Position numbers and translations under genes: made by a program. A model generated the notes under the pieces. The model made no database searches. It was given only the letters and a program-made list of their open reading frames with translations, and was not told the origin of the DNA. Shown here piece by piece: positions 8,231 to 16,768 of a stretch of 45,231 nucleotides of DNA. Each line of letters begins with the position of its first letter. Within the stretch, counting starts at the first letter, position 1. This stretch comes from an uncultured Methanosarcinales archaeon. GTDB taxonomy: Archaea; Nanobdellota; Nanobdellia; Woesearchaeales; CALCXY01. Location of the stretch: positions 1 through 45,231 of the forward strand of contig CAYLOA010000006.1 in NCBI GenBank assembly GCA_964385185.1, in the 5' to 3' direction.

Positions 8231-9499
8231 ATGAAGAAAATTGCTGTTATTGGTGCAGGTATTTCAGGGTTAAGTTGTGCATATAGCTTACAAAAAGCAG
8301 GTTTTTCTGTTGAAGTGTTTGAGAAAACTTCATTTTTAGGTGGTAGGATGTCTACTAACGTTAAAAATGGTTTCCATTTCGATATTGGGGCCGATCATTT
8401 GAGTAATTTGTATACAGAATTAATAGACTCATGTAAAGAATATGATGTAGAATGGGAGAAGATGAGGTTCTTGATCTATTCAACGTTTAGAAATGGAAAG
8501 TTAAAGCCAATTTTGAAATCTATTAGTATATTAGCTCGTATGCGGTTATTTTTCTATACTTTGTTTATTAAAAACAAACCTCTTGATTTTCTAAATTTGT
8601 CTACTACTACTGATTATGATACTGAGAATGCATATGACTATATGCATAGAACATTAGGACTTGAAGTTGTTGATTATGTTGTAGATCCTTTTATTTCTGC
8701 GTATCAGTTTCAAAGAGCAAAAGATATTAGTAAAAGTGCATTGGTGAGTGTCATGCAATCTCTTAAGTTTCAAAAAGATGATTGGTATCTACACAGGACT
8801 AAGGGAGGGATGATTGCATTGCCTGAAGCTTTGGCGAAAAAGTTTACTGTTCATCTGAAAACACCTGTTAAGAAAATTGAAAGTAAGAAGGGTAAAGTTA
8901 AAGTTGATAATAAAATATATGATGCTGTTGTATGTGCTTCAACAGCTGATGTAACTCATAAAATCCTTGTTAATCCCAGTGTTGCACAAAAGAAATTGTT
9001 AGATGCAGTTCGTTATTCTAGTACTATCAGTGTTGCATTTACCGTCCCTCAAGGGACTTTAGAGGGAATCGGTGTTGTCTGGGTACCTTTCAAGGAAAAT
9101 GGTTGTATTTCTTCATATATTAACGAAGAGATGAAGGGCGATGAGTGTATTCAAAACGGCCGATCCTTAGTTTCCATTTGGTTGCATGATGTGTATGCTA
9201 AGACTTTAATGAGTAAGTCACGTGATGAGATATTTTTAGCTGTACAGAAAGAGTTTTTGAAAGTGTGTCCTAATATTATAAATGAGAGTGATCTTAAACT
9301 TCATGACTTGCAGATTTGGGAAAAAGCAATGCCACTCTATTCACAAGGTTATTTGACCCATGTTAAAGAATTTTTAGATGAAGGTCAAGGAGAAGATAAT
9401 ATTTATTTTTGTGGTGATTATCTGAATAGTACTTGGACAGAAGGTGCATTTAGATGTGGACAGAGAGTTGCTGACCAGATTATCAAGAAGTATTCCTAA
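8231..9499 (+). CDS. FAD-dependent oxidoreductase (protoporphyrinogen oxidase/amine oxidase family)
   Basis: GAGISGL, E...GGR, DIGA, C-terminal GDYL...TEGA..G. Confidence 0.85.
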   Translation: MKKIAVIGAGISGLSCAYSLQKAGFSVEVFEKTSFLGGRMSTNVKNGFHFDIGADHLSNLYTELIDSCKEYDVEWEKMRFLIYSTFRNGKLKPILKSISILARMRLFFYTLFIKNKPLDFLNLSTTTDYDTENAYDYMHRTLGLEVVDYVVDPFISAYQFQRAKDISKSALVSVMQSLKFQKDDWYLHRTKGGMIALPEALAKKFTVHLKTPVKKIESKKGKVKVDNKIYDAVVCASTADVTHKILVNPSVAQKKLLDAVRYSSTISVAFTVPQGTLEGIGVVWVPFKENGCISSYINEEMKGDECIQNGRSLVSIWLHDVYAKTLMSKSRDEIFLAVQKEFLKVCPNIINESDLKLHDLQIWEKAMPLYSQGYLTHVKEFLDEGQGEDNIYFCGDYLNSTWTEGAFRCGQRVADQIIKKYS

Positions 9500-11129
9500 T
9501 TGCTGCTATAAATTCTTCATCTGAAGGAAGATTCTTAGGATCAAATACGATATCTCCTGTTAAGTCTTGATATAATTGCATACCTGTATTTACGGTTCCA
9601 TAAATTCCACCATACCCTGATGAAGCATTACACCAAAAGAAATTGTTCCAAGGTGTTTTAGATTTTAATCTTCCAATACCAATCTGTTCTGGAGTCATCG
9701 TTGAACCATATGCGTTTCCAAACGGTGCCATGACAAAATCCTCGTTTGTTGTAGGCGTTCCTACTATTTTTACTTCAATATGTTTTCTGAGGTCAGGAAT
9801 GTGATATTGTTCTACTAAATCTATTAATCTATCTGCTATTTTATTTTTTATTCTTACATATTTCCCATAGCTTTTATCCATTTCTTCCTTAAAGATATCA
9901 TAATTAACAAAGGTTTCAATTTCAACAATATGGCATCCTTTTGGAGCGGTGCCTGGATATTGTGAATGCATAGTTGGAGTTGAGATGAAAAACCAAGGCT
10001 TTTCAAAATTACCTTCCATCTCTTCTTTCCACATCTTATTCATATCCCATTGGGTCATATGCCAAATGTTATGTTTGCCTAGATTGTATTTTTTGGGATC
10101 AAATCCTTTTTTTAATCCTAGGTAAATCATAATTCCTGAAGGAGAATATTTGTAATTAAGACTTTTTTTGAAAGATTCTGGGAATTTTTCTTGTCCGATT
10201 AATTTGGAGGCTGCTTGAGGATCCATATTACAGATAAAATTCTTTGCTGTGAAAGTTTTTCCGTCTTCTGTTTCTACGCTGGTAACTTTATCGTTGTTTA
10301 TATTTATTTTAGAAACTTTTGTTTGGTAATATATATGTCCTTTATGGTCTGTGATGAATTTGGCTAATCTGTCGATGTAATATTTGAAGTGTTTTGTGGG
10401 ATAGTATGCACCGACATTGTAGCCGCCAAATAATGCTACATATCCAAAAATGGATAACTCATCAGGAGGGGATCCAAAATCTCCTGCTTGAGCACATAAG
10501 ACTGCTTGTGCTTCTTTAGAAAGATTACATTCGTCATATACATTTTGTAACGTTTTATTTTTGTATTTTAGTAAAGTGATGAATGATGGCCATAAGGTTG
10601 CGTATTCCCATAGTTTGATATTGTTAGGTGGGAATTTGCTTAATTCTGTTTTTATTTTAGTGAGGATATTACAAAACTTTTTCATATTTTCTTTTTGTCC
10701 AGGATATGCCTTTTCTACGTTTTCAATGAGTTTATCATAGCCAAAGGGAATCTTTACTCTTTTATTATCTGGCATGATCATATGATCGTATCCATCTGGA
10801 TTGTATAATTCGAACGTGATGTCTTTCTCTAAGTTGAGTTTTTTTAGAAATTCGTAGACTTTTCCACCTGGGCCACATCCCCAGATGTAATGTATTTGAG
10901 CGCAGAATGAATATTCTCCTCTTTTGAAGGTGTGTGCATATCCTCCAGGGATGTCATGTGCTTCTAACATGCAGATCTTTTTTCCTGCTTTTGCTAATAG
11001 TGATCCTACTGTTAATGCAGAATTACCTGAGCCGATTATAATGTAATCGTATTCATGCTTTTCTTTGTAGAGTGTATTTTGTTTTTCTATTTGTTCTTTG
11101 GTTAATGCACCTGTGCTATGTTTTTTCAT
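9483..11129 (-). CDS. Phytoene desaturase-like FAD/NAD(P) oxidoreductase
   Basis: GSG, EAHDIPGGYAHTFKR, TP.T......GNAYG, CrtI/COG1233-like layout. Confidence 0.82.
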   Translation of the reverse strand: MKKHSTGALTKEQIEKQNTLYKEKHEYDYIIIGSGNSALTVGSLLAKAGKKICMLEAHDIPGGYAHTFKRGEYSFCAQIHYIWGCGPGGKVYEFLKKLNLEKDITFELYNPDGYDHMIMPDNKRVKIPFGYDKLIENVEKAYPGQKENMKKFCNILTKIKTELSKFPPNNIKLWEYATLWPSFITLLKYKNKTLQNVYDECNLSKEAQAVLCAQAGDFGSPPDELSIFGYVALFGGYNVGAYYPTKHFKYYIDRLAKFITDHKGHIYYQTKVSKININNDKVTSVETEDGKTFTAKNFICNMDPQAASKLIGQEKFPESFKKSLNYKYSPSGIMIYLGLKKGFDPKKYNLGKHNIWHMTQWDMNKMWKEEMEGNFEKPWFFISTPTMHSQYPGTAPKGCHIVEIETFVNYDIFKEEMDKSYGKYVRIKNKIADRLIDLVEQYHIPDLRKHIEVKIVGTPTTNEDFVMAPFGNAYGSTMTPEQIGIGRLKSKTPWNNFFWCNASSGYGGIYGTVNTGMQLYQDLTGDIVFDPKNLPSDEEFIAAIRNTS

Positions 11130-11785
11130 TTGAATTCAACATCTCCTTCTAGGTAGACTCCTTTGTGGAGTGTGACAGGTCTCCAGGTATCTTCAATTAA
11201 CGTTGCTTGTAGCCATGTTGAAAGTTCTTTTGGATTACCAATAGTTGCTGATAATCCTAAGATTTGAATATTTTTTAGAAGTTGTCTTAAGATTGTGATT
11301 AAAATTTCTAGAGTAGGACCTCTACTGGGGTCGTTGAGTAAATGGATTTCATCAATAACTACTAATGAGACATATTTTAACCAAGGAGCTTGATGACGGA
11401 TTAATGAATCGAGTTTTTCTGCTGTGCAGATGATGAAGTCATATTCTGTTAAGTAAGAATCTGTTGAATCTATGTCTCCTATGGATAATGCTATTTTGAA
11501 GAATGGATTGTATCTTTTTTTGAGTTCTTTGAATTTTTCTGTTGCTAATGCTTTTAGGGGAACAATGTAGATTACTTTCCCTCTATTTTCTGTAATGTTT
11601 TTTATTGCGGCTAATTCAGCAATTAATGTTTTTCCAGAAGCCGTTGGTGTGCAGATTAATTGAGATTTGAAGTCAAGAAGTCCTTCTTCTATTGCCTTTT
11701 TTTGAGCGGGTCTTAATTCTTTTACTCCTGCTCCTTGTATTATTTTTTTGAAAGCATCTGGTATAGGAATATCTTTGATTTGCAT
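11126..11785 (-). CDS. Hel308/Ski2-like helicase, first RecA domain only
   Basis: Q motif LRPAQ, PTASGKT, PLKALA, DEIH, GLSAT, WRPV.L; ends after 219 aa. Confidence 0.85.
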   Translation of the reverse strand: MQIKDIPIPDAFKKIIQGAGVKELRPAQKKAIEEGLLDFKSQLICTPTASGKTLIAELAAIKNITENRGKVIYIVPLKALATEKFKELKKRYNPFFKIALSIGDIDSTDSYLTEYDFIICTAEKLDSLIRHQAPWLKYVSLVVIDEIHLLNDPSRGPTLEILITILRQLLKNIQILGLSATIGNPKELSTWLQATLIEDTWRPVTLHKGVYLEGDVEFK

Positions 11786-11858
11786 TAGATACGAATATGG
11801 TAAATGTTTATAAGCCTTAGGGCAAAAGTTTATATATTGATTTTCTTGAATTGGGGGT

Positions 11859-12158
11859 ATGGGTCAAGAATTAATTCCTGAAGATAAAGAATCTCTAGAA
11901 CCGGAGAGGGGGAAAGTATATAAGTATTCAGTAATCGAGGATTATATTAAAAATGGTTCTGCTCTAACAAGAAATGAGACTATTAAGACTGTTGTTCTGG
12001 CAGTGGTAGGTGCTATTGCAGTAGGATACATGGCATGGGAGATGATTTATCACCAATCCATGTATAGTTTAACAATGCCTACTTTTGATAAGGTACCTGT
12101 TGTTGAAGCACAGTTATACACAGGATCAGATACTACTATAGATAACACTGTTGAATAA
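11859..12158 (+). CDS. Hypothetical single-TM protein
   Basis: Leaderless ORF after TTTATATA (11829-11836), one hydrophobic segment. Confidence 0.6.
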   Translation: MGQELIPEDKESLEPERGKVYKYSVIEDYIKNGSALTRNETIKTVVLAVVGAIAVGYMAWEMIYHQSMYSLTMPTFDKVPVVEAQLYTGSDTTIDNTVE

Positions 12159-12218
12159 GTTATATTCTAGAATACCACTATTGCAAACGCTTATAAAGGA
12201 ACCTAGATTACTCTTTCT

Positions 12219-12563
12219 ATGGCAAAATTTGAAGGATATAAGAGTAGACGAGGAGAATCTGACAGTCGAGATAGACGAAGCGGTTCTGATCGAAGATTTG
12301 GTAATGATACTCGAGGCGGATTTAGTAGAAATCGAAATACTCGAGAGCTAGAGATGACTAGAGTCACTTGTTCTGGCTGTGGAGATGAATGCGAAGTTCC
12401 TTTTAGACCTACAACAAATAAACCTGTATTTTGTAGTCCTTGTTTTAAAAATAAAGAAAATCCTCGATCTGAGAGGGCACCTGCTCCTGACAATACAAGT
12501 CGAGAATTTGAATTAATTAATGAGAAATTGAATAAGATTATGAAACATTTAGAAATTGAGTAA
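12219..12563 (+). CDS. CxxC-x17-CxxC domain protein with Arg/Gly-rich N-terminus
   Basis: CSGCGDECEVPFRPTTNKPVFCSPCF. Confidence 0.9.
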   Translation: MAKFEGYKSRRGESDSRDRRSGSDRRFGNDTRGGFSRNRNTRELEMTRVTCSGCGDECEVPFRPTTNKPVFCSPCFKNKENPRSERAPAPDNTSREFELINEKLNKIMKHLEIE

Positions 12564-12608
12564 TTTTTTCTTAGTTAATTATTGAGTTTTGTTAAAAATA
12601 AATAGAAA

Positions 12609-12789
12609 CGCTGCCGCCCAGAACAACTACACAAGTTAGTTGACTCCTACGTCGGATAAGAGAATTGTACTTCGTCCAATCCTCTTATGCTCAAAAAAGA
12701 GTAGAACGCTGCCGCCCGGATTCCTTCTCGAGCAAGCTCTCGGAGTTGTCAAGTTACTTCGTAACATTGACACGAACCGGGAAATCCTT
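12609..12789 (-). repeat. Two tandem tRNA-Ser 3'-end fragments with hairpin inserts
   Basis: AAGGATTTCCCGGTTC[50 nt]GAATCCGGGCGGCAGCG at 12789-12707 and TCTGGGCGGCAGCG at 12622-12609. Confidence 0.8.
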
Positions 12790-12801
12790 AATAACAATAA
12801 A

Positions 12802-12885
12802 CGCCACCGCCCAGATTCGAACTGGGAAATCCTTTCGGAAACCGGCTCTCAAGGCCAGCGGAGTACCAGATTGTCCCACAGTGGC
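12802..12885 (-). tRNA. tRNA-Ser(TGA)
   Basis: GCCACTG...CTGGC-CT-TGA-GA-GCCGG, long variable arm TCC-GAAA-GGA, CCCAG-TTCGAAT-CTGGG-CGGTGGC-G. Confidence 0.95.
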
Positions 12886-13028
12886 AAATGTAATTTTTCA
12901 CGTGGGAAACCACAGACTTTGTCTGGGTGTGTCCCACAGCAGTGTATATAAAAGAGTACAGAATTCCTTTAAATATCTATTGTTTACTTTGCTAACTTTT
13001 ATAAATGATTTTAAACTTTCAAAAATGT

Positions 13029-13901
13029 ATGAGATCTAGAATACATTTTGATGTGACTGCAGCTTCAATAGAACATAAATTATTTTCAACAGAGGTAGTA
13101 GAAAACTTGTGTAATATTATTCAGATTTCTATGGCAGTAAAGATGGAAACAATGTATAAAGTTCATAGGGCCTTTTTTAGTGATGTTTTTCGATTGGATC
13201 CATTTGTTGCCCTCGGTGATGAGTATACTGTAGGGGGAGAGACAACAAAGTTTTTTCCGATTGTAAATCGAAACCATGTAGAGAAATTTTTAGATTTTAC
13301 ATCTATTCAAGATGTAGAGAGTAAAATTCCACTTCCTAAATTAGGAGAATATATGTTTACTCAATTGTTTGTACATACCCATCCCGGTGGGGATATTTAT
13401 CCATCTCATATTGATGATAAAGGAATATTCAATGGAGATCTGTCTACTTCGCAGTTGGATGTAGTTCGTAATTTATATCTGAGTGGAGTTTGGACAAGGC
13501 CTATTGATGTTATTGCAGGAGTTGTTGATTCACAGTATGTTCCCTTATTTTTTTACCAAAAAAAACGTGATAAAATGTACGAGATTCCGGAGATAAATGA
13601 TGGTGATGAATTTATGCGATTTTTTTTAGATCATGAATTGTGGAAGAAATCACCTCCTAAACAGGTTCCTATAGGCGTGCGAAATGGTCTACATTTGTAT
13701 AATGTAGACTTGGGTTTTTTAGATATGCATAATAAGAAGATTCTTTTTGAAAGATCTGGGAATCATTGGGATAAATTTGCATATAGGGCCACATATATTG
13801 ATGTTGATAGACCTTTTTTTTCAAAGCAAAAAAAATTAATGCATCATCTTTTAGGGTTGTCCTCTTCTGCAGTATTAGAAGCGTACAGAAAACGAAATTA
13901 G
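13029..13901 (+). CDS. Hypothetical protein with JAB/MPN+-like motif
   Basis: HTHPGGDIYPSHIDD resembles HxH-x7-S-x2-D. Confidence 0.6.
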   Translation: MRSRIHFDVTAASIEHKLFSTEVVENLCNIIQISMAVKMETMYKVHRAFFSDVFRLDPFVALGDEYTVGGETTKFFPIVNRNHVEKFLDFTSIQDVESKIPLPKLGEYMFTQLFVHTHPGGDIYPSHIDDKGIFNGDLSTSQLDVVRNLYLSGVWTRPIDVIAGVVDSQYVPLFFYQKKRDKMYEIPEINDGDEFMRFFLDHELWKKSPPKQVPIGVRNGLHLYNVDLGFLDMHNKKILFERSGNHWDKFAYRATYIDVDRPFFSKQKKLMHHLLGLSSSAVLEAYRKRN

Positions 13902-14944
13902 ATTTCTTTTCTTTCAGTTTCATATATATTCAAGAAGGTCAATAGTAAGGCAAAGATTAACGGTCCAATTAAAAAGCCCATGATACCAAATAGATAGAGT
14001 CCTCCTAATACTCCTACAAGGACTACAACCGGATGGATATCTGATTTTTTACCAATTATTTTAGGTCTTACAAAGTTATCAATATTTCCAATAATTAAAG
14101 TTGCTACGATTAATATCACTGTTGATTGCGTATCTCCTGCACCTAATGAGAATAAGATTGCCGGGACTAGTATTAATGCAGTTCCTCCAAATGGAAGTAA
14201 TGCAAAGATTGACATAATAACTCCCCAAAGAATAGGTGAGGGAATTCCTACAATGTAGAAGGTCAGACCACCTAAGAATCCTTGTAGCATTGCCGTAAGG
14301 ATGTATCCATATAATATTGCAGAAGTTACTTGTTTGAATTGGAGAGAAATTTCTGCTTGGTGTTTTTTATTCAAAGGGATAAGTTTTTTTATTTTCTTTG
14401 TGAGGTCATCTCCATCTCTAATTAAGTAGAATGTTGAGAAGATGATTATGAATAATGATAAGGCTAATCTTGGAATTGATAAGAAGAATTCTTGAGCCCA
14501 GGTGATGATTGCTTTCGTTGTATTTTTTAATGCTTCATTAATGTAGAACTGAAATTGGGGATCAGAAATTAAGGTTTTTACTAGGTTTGAAGATTTACAT
14601 AAGGTATTTGTTTCATCTGTACAGTTTACAGGAATAACTTCTCCTGATATGAATTTCTGTCTGGCAACTGAGTAGAAGACTTGAGCTTCATCAACCGATT
14701 GGTCAATAATGAAAAATGTAGGTAATGAGATTAGGGTGAGTATGATGATTGATATCAGTAAAGCCGCTAATGATTTACTTTTGATGTATTTTCTTGACCA
14801 TTTGTATAATGGGTTGAAAATAAATGCTAAGATAATTGCTATGAGTAATGGAGTTATGAATGGTTTTAATACTAGAAAGCTTAGGTATAATACTACAATT
14901 AAGAGAATTACAAATAGATATCTAACTTGATTCCCCCTTTTCAT
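13898..14944 (-). CDS. AI-2E family transporter
   Basis: Multi-TM; DNFVRPKIIG...HP...GVLGG...FG..G..IGP. Confidence 0.92.
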   Translation of the reverse strand: MKRGNQVRYLFVILLIVVLYLSFLVLKPFITPLLIAIILAFIFNPLYKWSRKYIKSKSLAALLISIIILTLISLPTFFIIDQSVDEAQVFYSVARQKFISGEVIPVNCTDETNTLCKSSNLVKTLISDPQFQFYINEALKNTTKAIITWAQEFFLSIPRLALSLFIIIFSTFYLIRDGDDLTKKIKKLIPLNKKHQAEISLQFKQVTSAILYGYILTAMLQGFLGGLTFYIVGIPSPILWGVIMSIFALLPFGGTALILVPAILFSLGAGDTQSTVILIVATLIIGNIDNFVRPKIIGKKSDIHPVVVLVGVLGGLYLFGIMGFLIGPLIFALLLTFLNIYETERKEI

Positions 14945-15007
14945 AGAGTGTAATGTCTAGTTTAGAGTATATAAAAGTTTCTAAGAAACTTTTGAGTCAA
15001 TAAAGTA

Positions 15008-15070
15008 GGTGGAGGGACTCACAGAGTCCCCACTCTCGCAGTCTTTCGACTGCGAGTAAGTGTTTGCACC
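15008..15070 (+). repeat. ACA-triloop element, copy 3 (with second hairpin)
   Basis: GGGACTC-ACA-GAGTCCC followed by CTCGCAGTC-TTTC-GACTGCGAG; weak GGTG/CACC closure. Confidence 0.65.
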
Positions 15071-15153
15071 ACTAGGCTTTGCCTTTGCATTTCAGGGTAA
15101 TGTCCTGAAATGCAGAGAGGCCGGTGCTCTGTGAGCACCATCAAGTCTAGTGG
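15069..15153 (-). repeat. ACA-triloop three-way-junction element, copy 4
   Basis: Minus strand: CCACTAGACTT-GAT-GGTGCTC-ACA-GAGCACC-G-GCCT-CT-CTGCATTTCAGG-ACATTAC-CCTGAAATGCAA-AGGC-A-AAGCCTAGTGG. Confidence 0.8.
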
Positions 15154-15199
15154 AGTCACAGCAAAGGTTATAAATGGCTTAGAGTTAACAAATTCTTAA

Positions 15200-15272
15200 G
15201 GGCCCATGGTCTAGTAGCTATGACATCGCCTTGACTTGGCGAAGATCCCCGGTGCAATTCCGGGTGGGCCCA
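15200..15272 (+). tRNA. tRNA-Val(GAC)
   Basis: GGGCCCA...TCGCC-TT-GAC-TT-GGCGA...CCCGG-TGCAATT-CCGGG-TGGGCCC-A; atypical A18, G55, T37. Confidence 0.9.
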
Positions 15273-15321
15273 TAGTTTTAATAGAAAACCTTAAAAAAAG
15301 TCTAGGAATCATATTCTATAC

Positions 15322-15434
15322 GCCCTTGTAGCAAAGTAGCCAACGCGTCACATTGGTAACTTCAAGCTTGGCTTGACGGCTTGGAACGAAGTTCAAAGAT
15401 GTGGAGATCCCGAGTGCAAATCTCGGCAAGGGCT
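15322..15434 (+). tRNA. tRNA-Thr(GGT) with 40-nt intron at 37/38 (15359-15398)
   Basis: GCCCTTG...TCACA-TT-GGT-A[intron]A-TGTGG...CCGAG-TGCAAAT-CTCGG-CAAGGGC-T; central helix TTGG/TCAA. Confidence 0.9.
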
Positions 15435-15472
15435 TGGAAACGGTTGGGTATTATTACCCTACCGTTTTTCCA
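15435..15472. other. Hairpin directly 3' of tRNA-Thr (terminator-like or inserted palindrome)
   Basis: AAACGGT-T-GGGTA-TTAT-TACCC-T-ACCGTTT. Confidence 0.5.
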
Positions 15473-15481
15473 CTTTTCATT

Positions 15482-15712
15482 CTAATTTGCAGTTTTATCA
15501 TAATTACTACTCTCTTTAACTGTATAACCAGCTTCTAAGAATTGTAATATATAAGGATAGAATTTACATTGTTGGACAGCTAAGCATCTTCCTGATAAAC
15601 CAATATTCTTCTCTTCAATAAAGATGGGGAAGTCAGAACAGGTCTTAGGTCTATCTTTATGTGTATGAATGATGCATTTATTATCTTTAAGACAGGTACA
15701 ACAATTCTTAGG
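15482..15712 (-). pseudogene. 5'-truncated YkgJ-like cysteine-cluster protein fragment
   Basis: Manual translation [30 protein letters not shown]...; no start codon, in-frame TGA just upstream. Confidence 0.65.
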
Positions 15713-15826
15713 TCACGCAGATATTAGTACAACAACAATCTATACTCACGTACAACCAGAAGATTTAATCAGTCAGATGTGGGAGTAAAATTCTCTATTT
15801 ACTAGAAATCATCGTCTTTTTTACCT

Positions 15827-16375
15827 TTATTTACATCTATAAAAATGATGATATGTTCGTTTTGCAGCCTCTAATTTAGGAATGAGATTTTTCCGTTCTA
15901 TTAAGTCATGCACTAACTCATGAGGAACACTTAAATCTAATTCTTTTACATACAGTAATTTAGCTGGATTCAGATTTTTTTGCGTCATTGTACTAAATGT
16001 AATCACACTTTCAATCCCTTTATAATTAAAAAACTGTGTAAATGAACGTCCTGAGCTTCCAGTTTCGTGACTTCCTGTGCCCTTACTATAGTGTTCACGG
16101 TATGTAAAATCATTAATTGATACAACAGAATGTGTTGTGAAGAGTCTAGTTCCCCAACTATTCATCTTATGATTTCCAGCTAATACTTGATACTGCTTAT
16201 GTTCATATTGGCGTAATTTTTCTTCTATCTCTTCAATGAGCAGTCTAGTCCTTTCTACATCATTTACTGGTTTTTCTAATCTACTCAGTCTGTCTTTTTC
16301 TTTCCGCACTTTACTTGCTTCATCATCAACAAACTTTTTGTGTGCTTTTTCAACATGGTCATCTATGGAACTCAT
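15827..16375 (-). CDS. Hypothetical protein
   Basis: 182-aa ORF with TTTATAAA box upstream. Confidence 0.7.
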   Translation of the reverse strand: MSSIDDHVEKAHKKFVDDEASKVRKEKDRLSRLEKPVNDVERTRLLIEEIEEKLRQYEHKQYQVLAGNHKMNSWGTRLFTTHSVVSINDFTYREHYSKGTGSHETGSSGRSFTQFFNYKGIESVITFSTMTQKNLNPAKLLYVKELDLSVPHELVHDLIERKNLIPKLEAAKRTYHHFYRCK

Positions 16376-16492
16376 AGTATTTGAAGTTTTATTGGCATTT
16401 ATAAATATAAGGTAAATTGGGAAAGTTTCTATACTGTACCACTATAGCATTCATCCTATTACTTTCCTATTTGACGTAGTATAGGAATGTTT

Positions 16493-16765
16493 TTATATGT
16501 CTTTTAAACAATTGTGTAAGTTGATATTAGGGGGTATAAAAGATGAAATGTAAACATTGTCAAAGACTGCCTGACCTTTTTGTCTAATTTTTTTACCAAT
16601 GCCTATTTTATCAAGAATTTCTAAACCTGAAGGCCATAGAAAAATAGAAAATCCAATGGTATCAAATCTAGGAGCATTATCAATGATAGTAATTTCATGG
16701 TCTTTTTCAAGAAAGTGGCAAGCTGCTAAGCCTGCAATGCCTGCGCCAACTATTAGGATTTTCAT
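16493..16765 (-). pseudogene. 3'-truncated FAD-dependent monooxygenase (UbiH-like)
   Basis: GAGIAGL Rossmann start and G.SI.LWPSG.EILDK.G, but only 90 aa. Confidence 0.7.
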
Positions 16766-16768
16766 ATC

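Noticed and set aside
12724..12773. T-loop insert as a spliceable BHB intron
   Set aside because: Neither possible junction register gives a 4-bp central helix.
12609..12885. ~95-98-nt periodic repeats as a CRISPR array
   Set aside because: The repeats are tRNA 3' ends, the spacers are long and structured, and there are no cas genes.
12640..13039. ORFs 12640-12951 and 12665-13039
   Set aside because: They overlap tRNA-Ser and its fragments on the opposite strand; likely open only because of local GC richness.
15069..15153. Hammerhead ribozyme
   Set aside because: A three-way junction is present, but the CUGANGA and GAAA core is not at the junction on either strand.
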